Part shown: positions 1-10,006 of the stretch, piece by piece
How the letters are laid out: every line of letters starts with the position of its first letter
How positions within the stretch are numbered: position 1 is the first letter of the stretch
NCBI GenBank assembly: GCA_038227105.1
Contig: JBBRQB010000001.1
Location: forward strand, 22,867-86,866
DNA: 64,000 nucleotides
Source of the DNA: Candidatus Limnocylindria bacterium
GTDB taxonomy: Bacteria > Chloroflexota > Limnocylindria > P2-11E
Direction: 5' to 3'
The notes under the pieces: model-generated
What the model saw: the letters and a program-made list of their open reading frames with translations, nothing else
Databases searched by the model: none
What the model was told of the DNA's origin: nothing
Translations under genes and position numbers: made by a program

Positions 1-454
1 CCAGGTAGATGCGGCCGGCGGCCAGCGCCGGGCGCAGGGTGGAGGCGAGCTCGCGCATCCGGTGCACGGGTCGTTCGCGGATGTTTCCGGCCCCGACGCC
101 GAGGATGAACTGGCCGTCCGTCGCCGCGGCCGCGCGCCGCGCGCCGGCGATCAGGCGGTCGGCGCTCCACGTCTGGATCGGGAGCACCGAGATCCCCGTC
201 TCGAGGCCACTCGCGGCATGCCAGCGGATGCACAGGTCGAAGGGGTCGTCGTTCTCGGCGCGGGCAGGTGTCCACAGGCTCGTGTACCCGAGCACCGCCG
301 CTTCGGCCGCGACGTCGTCGTGTTCTGTGCCGGAAAGCACCAAACGGCTGTCGAGCCCAAGGCCGATGCGCACGGCCGGAACGGTACCCTCTTCCTGTGG
401 GGAGCGATGCTCTGGAAGCCTTCCATCCCGCGGTCCGCGAGTGGTTCCGCACAT
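1..454 (-). CDS. LLM-class (luciferase-like) flavin/F420-dependent oxidoreductase, N-terminal part; the gene runs off the left edge of the window
   Basis: Minus-strand translation of 1-454 reads M..RDGRLPEHRSPQEEGTVPAVRIGLGLDSRLVLSGTEHDDVAAEAAVLGYTSLWTPARAENDDPFDLCIRWHAASGLETGISVLPIQTWSADRLIAGARRAAATDGQFILGVGAG. This matches the conserved N-terminal TIM-barrel motif of luciferase-like monooxygenases (SLW.PE.. DPF ..LGTGV). ATG at 454-452. It is absent from the ORF track because no stop occurs before position 1. Confidence 0.5.
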   Translation of the reverse strand, partial: MCGTTRGPRDGRLPEHRSPQEEGTVPAVRIGLGLDSRLVLSGTEHDDVAAEAAVLGYTSLWTPARAENDDPFDLCIRWHAASGLETGISVLPIQTWSADRLIAGARRAAAATDGQFILGVGAGNIRERPVHRMRELASTLRPALAAGRIYL

Positions 455-800
455 CGTTCCCCCGGCCGACGCCGGCGCCCGCACGTCGCCGTGGGCGCAG
501 GTCCGCGAGCTCGACGACCCGAAGCTGCGGGAGATCGTCGGGCACGCCCGCACGCTCATCCGGCTCAACCGCGATGGCGGGCAGCGTCGCACCCATTTCG
601 CGCTGAACGCCGGAGAGCGCATGTTGGTCGATGAGCGTGCCGGGCTCCCGTGTCACGTGTGCGCCACGATGGTGGAGTCGGGCTGGCATCCCGACGAGGT
701 GCGCAAGTCGTGGTTCTGCCGAACCTGCCAGAACGTGGCGGATGTGCCCAGGCTCGCGCCGGTCCCGGCCGTGCACGTCCGTCATCGCGACCGGCTGTGA
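441..800 (+). CDS. Truncated Fpg/Nei-family protein with only the C-terminal H2TH and zinc-finger region; start uncertain
   Basis: The C-terminal part of the 9..800 ORF reads ..DDPKLREIVGHARTLIRLNRDGGQRRTHFALNAGERMLVDERAGLPCHVCATMVESGWHPDEVRKSWFCRTCQ. The CxxC..(16)..CxxCQ ribbon and the preceding GG..R..F motif resemble the Fpg/Nei C-terminus. The N-terminal 140 codons of that ORF are R-rich and antisense to the LLM gene, so only the 3' portion is called. GTG at 441 is in frame. Confidence 0.35.
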   Translation: MVPHIVPPADAGARTSPWAQVRELDDPKLREIVGHARTLIRLNRDGGQRRTHFALNAGERMLVDERAGLPCHVCATMVESGWHPDEVRKSWFCRTCQNVADVPRLAPVPAVHVRHRDRL

Positions 801-812
801 GAGCATCGACGC

Positions 813-1280
813 ATGACGCGCGCGCGGTTGACATTCACGCACGGTGACCCGATCGAGTTCGCGCTCGAGGAGGTCGCTGCGTTCGGTCCGGACATCTCTG
901 GATTCCGGGCGTGGCTCGGTGCGGTCCATGCGTCCGCCGAGGGCCGCTGGCTGATCCGTTTCGGTGAGGACGAGATCCTCGGATTCCGGCGGAGCGAACT
1001 GAAGCGCATCCGCGCCACGCCCGAGGGCGCGGAGCTCACGCTCGGCGCCGAGGGTGAGGAGCCCGTGGCGGTGCGCGCGGCCGACGTGACCTCGTACGGC
1101 CCCGAGCCGACCGACGTACGGTCGTGGCTCGGCCGCCTCGCGCATGGCACCGGCGATGCCTGGATCCGCTTCGGCGATGGGCACGAGCTGCGCTTCGCGA
1201 TCGGTAACGGACCGCACATCAGATTCCTGGAGCAGACCGACACGCTGCCTGAGGGCGGCATCCGCCTTCCGCTGGCATAA
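813..1280 (+). CDS. Hypothetical protein (155 aa) with two internal W(L)IRFG-type repeats
   Basis: Complete ORF with ordinary composition. ATG follows directly after the upstream stop. Repeats WLIRFGEDEILGFRRSEL and AWIRFGDGHELRFAIGNG. No recognised family. Confidence 0.5.
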   Translation: MTRARLTFTHGDPIEFALEEVAAFGPDISGFRAWLGAVHASAEGRWLIRFGEDEILGFRRSELKRIRATPEGAELTLGAEGEEPVAVRAADVTSYGPEPTDVRSWLGRLAHGTGDAWIRFGDGHELRFAIGNGPHIRFLEQTDTLPEGGIRLPLA

Positions 1281-1294
1281 AGAGGAGAGACGAT

Positions 1295-1531
1295 ATGTGC
1301 CGGAGCATCAAGCGCCTTCGCACCATCGAGGGCGTCGCCGCTGACGACGAGATCCGCGCGGCCGCGCGTCAGTTCGTGCGGAAGGTGAGCGGAATGCAAC
1401 AGCCCGCGCCGAAGAACGCGGACGCGTTCGAGGCGGCAGTCGATGCCATCGCCCGGGTGTCTCAGGAGCTGCTCGGCGTGCTACCGCCGTCGAAGGCCGC
1501 CGTCCCTGTGCCGAGGCCGCGCACCCGCTAG
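1295..1531 (+). CDS. DUF2277 family protein
   Basis: 78 aa beginning MCRSIKRLRTIEGVAADDEIRAAARQFVRKVSG. The MCRxIK start and xDEIRAAAxQYVRKVSG are characteristic of DUF2277. RBS AAGAGGAGAG sits 5 nt upstream. Confidence 0.7.
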   Translation: MCRSIKRLRTIEGVAADDEIRAAARQFVRKVSGMQQPAPKNADAFEAAVDAIARVSQELLGVLPPSKAAVPVPRPRTR

Positions 1532-1601
1532 CGGCCGCTACTGTTTTTGGTCATGATGTAATTTCAGTAATGGTGTAAGACCGTAATTGAGGAGACAGAA
1601 C

Positions 1602-2108
1602 ATGGGCGAAACAGACGAGATCAAGGGCTGGGTTGCGGGACGCGTCCCGGCAGACTGGTACCAGGGCACCCCTGAGGTGACCGTGGACCGCGAGGAGATC
1701 GTGGTCGTCGGCAGCCTCAAAGAGGCGAAGGTCGATGGTGGCGAGGACGCTCAGAAGGCCGCCGCCGCCGGCAGGGTCAAGCAGCACCGCGAGGACACCC
1801 GCGAGAAGCGGATGCAGATCTCGAACGAGGCCGAGCACCGCTTCGAGCGCCCGATCTCGTGGGGCGTGAAGATCGGTGACAAGAGCTTCCTCTTCACGCA
1901 TCTTTCGATCCCGGTGATGACGCGCCTCCGCCAGAAGGAGCGCGCGGTCCTCGACTCGCTCGTGGACGCGGGCGTCGCCCGCAGCCGCAGCGAGGCGGTC
2001 GCGTGGTGCGTTCGCCTGGTCGACCAGCACGAGTCGGACTGGCTCACCGATCTCCGCGAGGCGATGTCCAAGGTCGCCCAGGTTCGCTCGGGCGGACCGC
2101 TCAACTAG
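1602..2108 (+). CDS. Hypothetical protein with a C-terminal ribbon-helix-helix-like motif
   Basis: ORF 1587..2108; preferred start is ATG 1602 after GAGGAGACAGAAC. C-terminus ..RQKERAVLDSLVDAGVARSRSEAVAWCVRLV resembles a CopG/ParD-type RHH. The upstream region is AT-rich and carries GTAAT repeats. Confidence 0.5.
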   Translation: MGETDEIKGWVAGRVPADWYQGTPEVTVDREEIVVVGSLKEAKVDGGEDAQKAAAAGRVKQHREDTREKRMQISNEAEHRFERPISWGVKIGDKSFLFTHLSIPVMTRLRQKERAVLDSLVDAGVARSRSEAVAWCVRLVDQHESDWLTDLREAMSKVAQVRSGGPLN

Positions 2109-2110
2109 CG

Positions 2111-3049
2111 ATGACGGTCGAGTCCGGGCCCGAGGTCCTTGACGCGTTCTCGGCGGCCGTCGTCACGGTCGTCGAGCGCGTCGCGGCCTCGGTGGTCCAC
2201 GTGACCTCCGGCCGCGGCGGGGGCAGCGGTTTCGTGATCGCCCCAGATGGGTATCTCCTCACGAACGCGCACGTCGTCGAAGGCGGCGCGCAGCCGCGCA
2301 TCACGTTGCACGACGGGACCGAGCTCGCTGCATCGGTCGTCGGCAGCGACGCGAGCACCGATCTCGCGGTCATCCGCGCGCTCAACGGCTCGACGCTTCC
2401 GTCGGTGACGCTCGGCGACTCCGACGCGCTCCGCGTCGGGCAGCTGGTCATCGCGATCGGCGACCCGCTCGGATTCCAGTCGACGGTCACCACCGGCGTC
2501 GTGAGCGCGCTCGGGCGTTCGCTCCATGCGCGTGACGGCCGGCTCATCGAGAACATCGTTCAGACCGACGCCGCGCTGAACCCGGGCAACTCGGGCGGCC
2601 CACTGGTGGACACCAGGTCGCGCGTCGTCGGGGTGAACACGGCGATCATCCCCAACGCGCAGGGCATCTGCTTCGCGATCCCCGCGGCCACCGCGCACCG
2701 TGTCGCGGGAGCGCTCATCCGTGATGGCCGCATTCGCCGCGCGTGGCTTGGGATCGGCGGCACGGCCACGCCACTCGGCCGCGGTCTCGCGACCGCGCTC
2801 GGTGTGCCCCTCGCGGGCATCCGGGTGGTCGAGGTGACGACCGGATCGTCCGCTGACCTCGGCGGTCTCAAGGCCGGTGACGTCCTCGTCGCGGTCGATG
2901 GCGAGCCGGTGCCGACGTTATCGCGCCTGCAGGCAGTCCTGACCGAAGGCCGGATCGGCAAGGCGGTGCCGGTCCGGCTGGTGCGACGGGGTGAGCTGTT
3001 GGAGCGGTACGTCGTGCTACGCGAGGCGAAGACGACGCCGAAGCGCTAG
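2111..3049 (+). CDS. Trypsin-like serine protease of the HtrA/DegP family with a C-terminal PDZ domain
   Basis: GSGFVIAPDGYLLTNAHVV (His), DLAVIRA (Asp), GNSGGPLVD (Ser), then a PDZ-like region AGIRVVEVTTGSSADLGGLKAGDVLVAVDGEPV. The ATG at 2111 comes just after the upstream stop. The listed 2003 start overlaps the previous gene. Confidence 0.85.
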   Translation: MTVESGPEVLDAFSAAVVTVVERVAASVVHVTSGRGGGSGFVIAPDGYLLTNAHVVEGGAQPRITLHDGTELAASVVGSDASTDLAVIRALNGSTLPSVTLGDSDALRVGQLVIAIGDPLGFQSTVTTGVVSALGRSLHARDGRLIENIVQTDAALNPGNSGGPLVDTRSRVVGVNTAIIPNAQGICFAIPAATAHRVAGALIRDGRIRRAWLGIGGTATPLGRGLATALGVPLAGIRVVEVTTGSSADLGGLKAGDVLVAVDGEPVPTLSRLQAVLTEGRIGKAVPVRLVRRGELLERYVVLREAKTTPKR

Positions 3050-4008
3050 ACCGGCGGGGCCGCGACCTTCTTGTGCAGCTGGATGTGACCGGGGATCCGG
3101 TGGTAGCCCATCTCCTCGTTCAGGTGAAGGATCGGCTTGTTCTCGCCGTCATTGTTCGTGCGGACATGCTTCACGCCCAGCGCGATCGCCTGTGACACCG
3201 TCTCGCACTTGAGCGCGCGTGCAACGCCGCGTCCGCGCACCGAGCGAGACGTGCCGGTGTAGTCCGTCCACACGTTACCGACCCCCGGCGGGTACTCGAG
3301 GACCGACATGCCGACGATCGCCTGTCCGTCCCGCGCGACCCACAGGCGATCGGCGTGCAGGCCCGGCGAGCTCATCCACTTCATGAAGCTCTCGAAGCTC
3401 TCCGGCGTGTGGGGCACGGTGGTCGGGATGTCCTGGATCGATTCCTCGCACATCTGGTGCAGCTTGCGCCACTTGTCCGGATCGGCGACCCGGTCGATCG
3501 TCGTGATCTCGATCGCCTCCCTCCCCATGCGCTCGCGCGAGGCCGCCGTCATCGCCTCGAGCTTCTCCCGGTTGGCGGCGAGGTCGAGCTCCCAGCTCTT
3601 GCTTCGGCGCTCTTCCGTGTAGCCGCGCGCGACGAACGCCTCGTACTCGTCGTCGAAGCCCTCGAGCGAGCCCGCCATGAGGATGTACGTGCCGTCGTTG
3701 ATCGCGTACGGCTCGAGCACGTCGAACGCCCGCTCGATGCGCTCCGCGCGCTTCGCATCCTTCGCGAACCAGGCGACCAGCCGCGCGCCGCGCACCGGTG
3801 ACTTGGACCAGTCGGGATGTCCGAAATGGGCGTAGCCGACCGGCTCGCCGCCCTCCTCGATGATCCACCGGTCGTCGACGCGCTCCGAGTCGGCGGACAG
3901 CCACCAGTGGCGCATCTGCGCCTCGTTTGCGGGCTCGCTGGGGTCGCGGGCGGTCTGGAAGCGGACCGTCCATGGGAGGTCGGCCAGCGTCGCCGGTCGG
4001 AAGGTCAT
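3046..4008 (-). CDS. GNAT-family N-acetyltransferase with tandem GNAT domains
   Basis: Two acetyltransferase-like halves, ...GYAHFGHPDW... and ...IVGMSVLEYPPGVGNVWTDYTGTSRSVRGRGVARALKCETVSQAIALGV. Start taken at MTFRPATLADLP (ATG 4008-4006). The longer listed ORF adds an unlikely 54-aa leader. Confidence 0.7.
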   Translation of the reverse strand: MTFRPATLADLPWTVRFQTARDPSEPANEAQMRHWWLSADSERVDDRWIIEEGGEPVGYAHFGHPDWSKSPVRGARLVAWFAKDAKRAERIERAFDVLEPYAINDGTYILMAGSLEGFDDEYEAFVARGYTEERRSKSWELDLAANREKLEAMTAASRERMGREAIEITTIDRVADPDKWRKLHQMCEESIQDIPTTVPHTPESFESFMKWMSSPGLHADRLWVARDGQAIVGMSVLEYPPGVGNVWTDYTGTSRSVRGRGVARALKCETVSQAIALGVKHVRTNNDGENKPILHLNEEMGYHRIPGHIQLHKKVAAPPV

Positions 4009-4111
4009 TCCGCCGCCGCGCAGGGCGCTGCGCGCAAAGGCTGTATCGGTGGGCACGCAAAAAGTGTAGGCAGCGAGCGCGGACCGTCTATCGCCCTCGA
4101 TACTTTCACCG

Positions 4112-4750
4112 ATGGCACCGCCCGTGTTCATGGACGTCGACAACACGCTCTTGGACAACGACGCCGCCAAGGCCGAGCTTGTCGCGCGGATCGCCGCGAC
4201 CGTCGACGCCGGCGCGGCCCGTCAGTTTTGGGTGCTCTACGAGGCGGTGCGCCATGACGAGGGCTACGTCGACTTTCCGGGCACGGTCGAACGGCTGCGC
4301 GCGGAATCTCCGAACGCGGCGGACCGCATCGCGCAGCTCCTCGACGAGCTGCCGTTCGCGCGGTTCGTCTATCCGGGCGTGCTCGAGATGATCGAGCGCC
4401 TGTGGGCGGCGTCCTTCACGCCGGCGATCCTGAGCGACGGCGATGACGTCTTCCAGCCGCGCAAGATCGAACGCGCCGGGCTCGCCGCAGCGGTGCGCGG
4501 CAACGTGTTCGTGTTCGTGCACAAGGAGCGGCATCTCGCGGAGGTCACCGGGCGTTTCGCCGGCCGGCCGGCGTTCGTCGACGACAAGGCGCCGATCCTC
4601 GGCCGCATTGAACGGCAGCTTCCGGGTGCGCTCACGGTCCACGTCCGTCAGGGAAGCTATTCGGCGCAGCCCGTCGACCCCGGCGACCCGCCGCCAAACA
4701 TTGAGCTCGATCGGATCGCTGAGCTGGACCGGGTCCTCGCGCGCGGCTGA
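4112..4750 (+). CDS. HAD-superfamily hydrolase
   Basis: N-terminal FMDVDNTLLDN matches HAD motif I (DxDxT); typical length of 212 aa. Confidence 0.65.
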   Translation: MAPPVFMDVDNTLLDNDAAKAELVARIAATVDAGAARQFWVLYEAVRHDEGYVDFPGTVERLRAESPNAADRIAQLLDELPFARFVYPGVLEMIERLWAASFTPAILSDGDDVFQPRKIERAGLAAAVRGNVFVFVHKERHLAEVTGRFAGRPAFVDDKAPILGRIERQLPGALTVHVRQGSYSAQPVDPGDPPPNIELDRIAELDRVLARG

Positions 4751-5818
4751 TCAGGCGACGCGCGCCTCTCCCCCGAGCCGCGTCCGGAGGACGCGCAGCA
4801 CCCACTTCTCATCCGCATCCAGGTCGTTCGCATCGGCGAGGTCGGCCGCGCGGCGGCGAACCGTCCGCAGGAGCGAGCCGTCGAGGTACGCGTCGATGAT
4901 CGCGGGGTGGACGTAGCACTTCCGGCAGACGGTGCGGGTGTTCCCGAGCTTCTTCGCGACGTCCTCGATCGCTCCGCTGAGATTCCGCTTCGCCTCTGAC
5001 TCGGACTCATATGGCTCGATCGCCGCGAGCGCGCGCGCGGCGAGCACAGTGCCTGCCCAGGTCCGGAAGTCCTTCGCCGTGAAGTCCTCGCCGGTGATGT
5101 CGCGGAGGTAGGCGTTCACGTCTTCGGACGCGACCTCACGCGGCTGGCCGTCGTCGCCTAGGTATTGGAAGAGCTGCTGGCCGGGAAGCTCGTCGAGACG
5201 CACGATCACCCGTGCGATCCGCCGGTCGATCACGTCGACCTCGTGGCGCACGCCGCTCTTGCCGCGGAAGCGGAATCGGATGCGCGATCCCTGCACCTCA
5301 ACGTGCTCGTCCCGCATCGTCGTGAGACCAAAGGAACGGTTCAGCTTCGCGTACTCGTCGTTCCCGACGCGGATGAGCGTGGATTCAAGGAGTCGGACGA
5401 CGGCGGCGAGGACGCGGTCGCGCGTGAGGTCGGGCGAGCGCAGGTCCTCGTCTGTCCTCGCGCGGATCTTCGGCAGGGCGCGGGCGAACTCGATCATGCG
5501 CGCGTACTTGGTGCCGTCGCGGACCTCCCGCCACCGCAGGTGATACCGGTACTGCTTGCGGCCCCGGGCATCCCGGCCGGTCGCCTGGAGGTGGTCGTTG
5601 GCACCCGGAGCGATCCAGACGCCGGTCCAGGCAGGTGGGATGGCCAGACTCCGGATACGCCGGAGCTCCACCTTGTCGTGTATCAGCGGGCCGTCCGGGA
5701 CCCGGTACGCGAAGCCCGTGCCGGCACGTTTGCGCGTGATCCCCGGTCGGCCGTCGTCGGCGTAGCGAAGCCCGGCAGCCCGCGCCGCAGCTGGACCGTC
5801 GATGGAAGCGATGGCCAT
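4751..5818 (-). CDS. DNA topoisomerase IB (bacterial/poxvirus type)
   Basis: 355 aa; ..GRKQYRYHLRWREVRDGTKYARMIEFARALPKIR.. and the C-terminal NTRTVCRKCYVHPAIIDAY carry the catalytic Tyr region typical of TopIB. Confidence 0.8.
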   Translation of the reverse strand: MAIASIDGPAAARAAGLRYADDGRPGITRKRAGTGFAYRVPDGPLIHDKVELRRIRSLAIPPAWTGVWIAPGANDHLQATGRDARGRKQYRYHLRWREVRDGTKYARMIEFARALPKIRARTDEDLRSPDLTRDRVLAAVVRLLESTLIRVGNDEYAKLNRSFGLTTMRDEHVEVQGSRIRFRFRGKSGVRHEVDVIDRRIARVIVRLDELPGQQLFQYLGDDGQPREVASEDVNAYLRDITGEDFTAKDFRTWAGTVLAARALAAIEPYESESEAKRNLSGAIEDVAKKLGNTRTVCRKCYVHPAIIDAYLDGSLLRTVRRRAADLADANDLDADEKWVLRVLRTRLGGEARVA

Positions 5819-5875
5819 GTCCGACTGGGAAGCACCGGCCGTGCCATCCTGTTCTCCGTATCAGGAGGGCAATGA

Positions 5876-6484
5876 ATGACCACTATCGACCGCGCCCGCT
5901 TCGGAACAGGCCTCACCTACGACGGATACAAGGAGCAGATGACCCGGAACCGGGACCGGGTGGACGCGAATGAGGCCCGTGTCACGATCGACCCCGACGA
6001 CCTGAAGGCGTTCCAGAGGCTCGGCGGACCGATCCACGTGCTCGCGCTGGCTGAAGACTGGTGCGGTGATGTCATCGCCAACCTGCCTGTGCTGGGCAAG
6101 CTCGCGCGCGAGACTGGGACCCTCGACCTGCGCGTCTTCCTCCGCGATCAGAACAAGGACCTCATGCAGCGCTACCTCAACCAGGGGAAGTACGAGTCGA
6201 TCCCGGTGTTCGCGCTCTTCGATGACGCCTTCAACGAGCTCGGTGTGTTCACCGAGCGGCCTGCGACCGTCACCGAGCGCCGCGCGAAGCAGCGTGAGCA
6301 GATCCACGCCGAGCATCCCGAGTTCGGACCCCATGGCGGGTCAGTGGACGCCCTTCCCGAGGACACGCGCGCCAAGCTCACCGCCGAGATCACCAAGCGG
6401 CGCGAGGACGACGTGGCCTGGGCCAATCGCGAGGTGATCCGCGCGCTGCTTGAGATCGTCGAGCGCGCACCCGCGAAGGCATGA
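5876..6484 (+). CDS. Thioredoxin-fold family protein with a WCGD(V) motif
   Basis: 202 aa; LALAEDWCGDVIANLPVLGKLARE is a thioredoxin-like redox motif with only the first Cys. RBS AGGAGGG upstream. The stop overlaps the next gene's start (ATGA). Confidence 0.55.
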   Translation: MTTIDRARFGTGLTYDGYKEQMTRNRDRVDANEARVTIDPDDLKAFQRLGGPIHVLALAEDWCGDVIANLPVLGKLARETGTLDLRVFLRDQNKDLMQRYLNQGKYESIPVFALFDDAFNELGVFTERPATVTERRAKQREQIHAEHPEFGPHGGSVDALPEDTRAKLTAEITKRREDDVAWANREVIRALLEIVERAPAKA

Positions 6485-6729
6485 GCGCGGTGCGGGTCCG
6501 GATCACGTATTGCGCCGAGTGTGGCTACGAGGACGAGGCCGTCGCGCTCGCGCGATCCCTCATGATCGAATTCCGCGAGAAGCTCTCCGCGATCGAGCTC
6601 GTGCCGTTCGTCGACGGCACGTTCGACGTGCGCGTAGGGGACGAGCTGGTCCACTCGATGGTCCGGGACGGCGGATTCCCGAATCCAGATTTGGTGAAGG
6701 CCGCCGTCAACGCGCACGTGACTGGTTGA
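6481..6729 (+). CDS. SelT/SelW/Rdx-family protein (Cys version)
   Basis: 82 aa starting MSAVRVRITYCAECGYEDEAVALARSLM, the Rdx-family signature (I.YC..CGY). Translationally coupled to the upstream thioredoxin-fold gene. Confidence 0.65.
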   Translation: MSAVRVRITYCAECGYEDEAVALARSLMIEFREKLSAIELVPFVDGTFDVRVGDELVHSMVRDGGFPNPDLVKAAVNAHVTG

Positions 6730-6777
6730 TTCCTAGCCTGTAGAGCCGGCCTTCTCTACTATGCTGCCGCAGGTCCA

Positions 6778-6799
6778 CCAAACGGAGTAGTCCGTTTGG
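6778..6799. promoter_or_regulatory. Perfect 9-bp inverted repeat CCAAACGGA-gtag-TCCGTTTGG, 32 nt upstream of the 6831 gene; candidate operator
   Basis: Seen directly in the sequence. No T-run follows it, and it sits in the promoter region of the secreted-protein gene. Confidence 0.3.
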
Positions 6800-6830
6800 C
6801 GTATCCGCGGGGGAAAGAACAAGGAGGGTC

Positions 6831-8918
6831 ATGTTGTCCAGCAAAGGTGTCATGCGCTATCTCGTTATCCCGGCGATCGTCGCGCTGCTCTTCGTTGCCA
6901 CTGCCAGCTTCGCGCCGCTCCACGCACGCGCGGACTCCGGGGTCACCCGCCGGATCGCGCTGGTGGGGACCGGCTCGCCGGTGACCGCGACCGACCCGTA
7001 CGGTGATGCGGTCGTCGGCGCCGACTTCCCGGCGATCGAGGACGAAGCCAGTCCGGCCGCGTTCAACGGGATCATCGACCGGTCGCTCTCCAGTGGAACG
7101 GGCATCGGTAGTGCCGCCCAGACCGGCAAGAAGGCGAAATCCGACCCGACGGTCGACGTCAGCTTTGAAGGGCTGAATCTGTACCAGCAGCGGTACGCCC
7201 GCCGCGGCAACCAGTTCACGGTCGAGCCACCCGACCAGGCCCTCTGCGCTGGCGGCGGCTACGTCGTCGAGGCGGTCAACGACGTCATGAACGTCTTCAG
7301 CTCGTCCGGTCAGTCGCTCCTGCCTGACAACACGAGCACGAACATCGTTTCGAACTTTCCGAGGAACGTGAACCACGCCGTAGACCTCAACTCGTTCTAC
7401 GGCTACGCACCCGCGATCAACCGCAGCACCGGCGTCCGCGCGCAGTCCGTGACGGACCCGTCGTGCATCTACGACGCTGCGACCCAGCGGTTCTTCCTGG
7501 TCGTTCTGACGCTCGAGACCTACCCGAACGGGTCCTTCACGCTCACGAACCACCTCGACATCGCGGTCAGCCAGACCGCCAACCCGACGGGCACGTGGAA
7601 CATCTACCGGGTCGACGTCACGAACGACGGATCGAACCCCGATGCCGCGAACGCCTGCCCGTGCCTCGGCGACTATCCCCACATCGGGGCCGACGCGAAC
7701 GGCTTCTACGTGACCACCAACGCGTATCCCTGGAACGGCAATGGCTTCGACGGAGCGCAGCTCTACGCCTTCTCGAAAGCACAGCTCGCAGCAGGCGCGG
7801 CGACCGTGACGATGCAGCACATCGACACCTTCGGCGCGGTCAACGCGCCGAGCGACGCCGGCTCGACGCAGCCGGGCTTCACCGTGTGGCCGGCTCAGTC
7901 ACCGGGAACGACGTCGTTCGACCTGAACGCCGGCGGCACCGAATACTTCCTGAGCTCCAATGCCGCTGACGAGGCGACGCATCCCGTCGCCGGCTTCGGC
8001 GGCAGCTACACCTCGAGTCAGCTCGTCGTGTGGGCGCTGACGAACACGTCATCGCTCAATACCGCGACGCCCGCCCTCGCTCTCAGCAACACGTTGCTCG
8101 GTGTGAATCAGTACGCGATCGCGCCCAAGGCGGACCAGCCCGGGTCGGCCACCGCTCCTGGGGCGACCGCCCCGCAGGGGCACTGCATCAATGACACGGC
8201 CACGGTCCTGTTTAACGGCCAGACCGGCTGCTGGTGGCTGCTCTTTAACCGCCAGCCGGCCCACAACGAGGCGATCTCCAAGCTGGATTCCAACGACACG
8301 CGTATGCAACAGGTCACCTACGCGAACGGCAAGATCTGGGGCGCGCTGGACACCGCCGTGAGCTTCGACTCGAACGCGGCCAACAACAAGGCCGGCGTGG
8401 CTTGGTACATCGTCAAACCCGACGTCTCGAGCGGCAGCCTTGCCGCGAAGATCGCGCTCCAGGGCACCTTGGGTGTTCCCGGCGCGAACGTCATCTATCC
8501 CGCGATCGGCGTCACGGCCAGCGGCCGAGGCGTCATGGCACTCACGCAGGTCGGCGCGAGCAACAATCCGAGCGCCGCATATGCGGCGATCGACGCGGTT
8601 GTCGGCGTCGGAGAGGTGCACATAGTCGCCGCCGGGGCCGCACCCGACGACGGTTTCACCAGCTACAAGGCCCAGGTGGGCAATCCGCCGCGCACTCGCT
8701 GGGGTGACTACGGCGCGGCTGCGGTCGATGGCAATTCGGTCTGGATCGCGAGCGAGTACGTCGCCAACGCCTGCAGCTACACCGCCTGGGGCGGGCCGTT
8801 CTTCGCCGGCGGCACCGGCGATAATCTCCTCGGCACTTGCGGCGGAGCCGCTCATGGCCCAGGCGTCCGCACGGCACTGGGAAACTGGTCAACCCGCATC
8901 AGCAAGCTGACCCCGTAA
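6831..8918 (+). CDS. Large secreted protein of unknown function (695 aa) with a signal peptide
   Basis: RBS AAGGAGG 4 nt before the ATG. N-terminus [34 protein letters not shown] is a signal peptide. Rich in G/N/T/S with no domain I recognise. Followed by a strong terminator. Confidence 0.7.
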   Translation: MLSSKGVMRYLVIPAIVALLFVATASFAPLHARADSGVTRRIALVGTGSPVTATDPYGDAVVGADFPAIEDEASPAAFNGIIDRSLSSGTGIGSAAQTGKKAKSDPTVDVSFEGLNLYQQRYARRGNQFTVEPPDQALCAGGGYVVEAVNDVMNVFSSSGQSLLPDNTSTNIVSNFPRNVNHAVDLNSFYGYAPAINRSTGVRAQSVTDPSCIYDAATQRFFLVVLTLETYPNGSFTLTNHLDIAVSQTANPTGTWNIYRVDVTNDGSNPDAANACPCLGDYPHIGADANGFYVTTNAYPWNGNGFDGAQLYAFSKAQLAAGAATVTMQHIDTFGAVNAPSDAGSTQPGFTVWPAQSPGTTSFDLNAGGTEYFLSSNAADEATHPVAGFGGSYTSSQLVVWALTNTSSLNTATPALALSNTLLGVNQYAIAPKADQPGSATAPGATAPQGHCINDTATVLFNGQTGCWWLLFNRQPAHNEAISKLDSNDTRMQQVTYANGKIWGALDTAVSFDSNAANNKAGVAWYIVKPDVSSGSLAAKIALQGTLGVPGANVIYPAIGVTASGRGVMALTQVGASNNPSAAYAAIDAVVGVGEVHIVAAGAAPDDGFTSYKAQVGNPPRTRWGDYGAAAVDGNSVWIASEYVANACSYTAWGGPFFAGGTGDNLLGTCGGAAHGPGVRTALGNWSTRISKLTP

Positions 8919-8939
8919 CCTCGACAACGTACGAACGGT

Positions 8940-8976
8940 GAGGCCCCGGCAGCGATGCCGGGGCCTCATACTTTTC
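8940..8976 (+). terminator. Rho-independent terminator (12-bp perfect stem GAGGCCCCGGCA/TGCCGGGGCCTC, then a T-run)
   Basis: Hairpin and ATACTTTTCAG seen directly in the sequence, located between the 6831 gene and moaA. Confidence 0.7.
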
Positions 8977-8979
8977 AGC

Positions 8980-9984
8980 ATGACCGTCCTCGACACGCTC
9001 AACCGCCCGCTCCGCGATCTCCGGATCTCCGTCACCGACCGGTGCAACTTCCGCTGCGTGTACTGCATGCCCAAGGAGATCTACGGCAAGGGCTACCAGT
9101 TCCTGCCGAAGGATCAGCTACTGACGTTCGAAGAGCTCGGACGGCTCGCGACCGTGTTCGCGAGCCTCGGCACGCAGAAGATCCGCCTCACCGGCGGTGA
9201 GCCGCTCATGCGCCGGGGCCTCGACAGCCTGATCCGGATCCTCGCAGAGATCCCCGACGTCGACCTCACGCTCACGACGAACGGCGCGCTCCTCGCCGAC
9301 CAGGCGCCTGCGCTCGCGGCCGCCGGCTTGAAGCGCGTCACGGTGAGCCTCGACTCGCTCGACGACACGGTCTTCAAGTGCATGAACGACGTCGACTTCC
9401 CGGTGGCGAAGGTCCTGGACGGGATCGATGCGGCCATCGCCGCAGGCCTCGAGCCGGTGAAGATCAACATGGTCGTTCGGCGCGGCCTGAACGATCAGAG
9501 CATCCTGCCGATGGCCCGGTACTTCCGCGAGAAGGGCCTGATCCTCCGGTTCATCGAGTACATGGATGTCGGCCACACGAACGGCTGGCGGCTGGAGGAC
9601 GTGGTCTCCGCGCGGGAGATCGTCCGCACCATCGACGCCGAGCTGCCGCTGCTCGTGGCCGAGGCGAACTACACCGGTGAGGTGGCCGAGCGCTGGCGAT
9701 ATGCCGATGGCTCCGGCGAGATCGGCGTCATCGCGTCGGTGACCCAGCCGTTCTGCGCCGATTGCACCCGGGCGCGCCTCTCGGCCGACGGCGGCCTCTA
9801 CACGTGCCTCTTCGCGACGACGGGCCGCGACCTGCGTGCCCTCCTCCGGGCAGGTGCGTCCGACGACGACATCCGCGAGGCGATCAGCTCGACGTGGGTC
9901 GAGCGGACGGACCGCTACTCCGAGCAGCGTTCCGGCGAGACCGCGGACCTCCACAAGATCGAGATGTCCTTCATCGGCGGCTGA
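8980..9984 (+). CDS. moaA: GTP 3',8-cyclase MoaA (radical SAM, molybdenum cofactor biosynthesis)
   Basis: [21 protein letters not shown] (CxxxCxxC radical SAM) and overall MoaA collinearity. Start placed at ATG 8980, after the terminator hairpin that the listed 8938 ORF would include. Confidence 0.9.
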   Translation: MTVLDTLNRPLRDLRISVTDRCNFRCVYCMPKEIYGKGYQFLPKDQLLTFEELGRLATVFASLGTQKIRLTGGEPLMRRGLDSLIRILAEIPDVDLTLTTNGALLADQAPALAAAGLKRVTVSLDSLDDTVFKCMNDVDFPVAKVLDGIDAAIAAGLEPVKINMVVRRGLNDQSILPMARYFREKGLILRFIEYMDVGHTNGWRLEDVVSAREIVRTIDAELPLLVAEANYTGEVAERWRYADGSGEIGVIASVTQPFCADCTRARLSADGGLYTCLFATTGRDLRALLRAGASDDDIREAISSTWVERTDRYSEQRSGETADLHKIEMSFIGG

Positions 9985-10006
9985 GCCCCAGAGCTACCGT
10001 CGGTCT

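Noticed and set aside
9-440. N-terminal 140 codons of the 263-aa + ORF 9..800 (and overlapping ORFs 62..634 and 268..606)
   Set aside because: R/S/P-rich composition, and exactly antisense to a convincing LLM oxidoreductase N-terminus. This is the typical open antisense frame of high-GC DNA.
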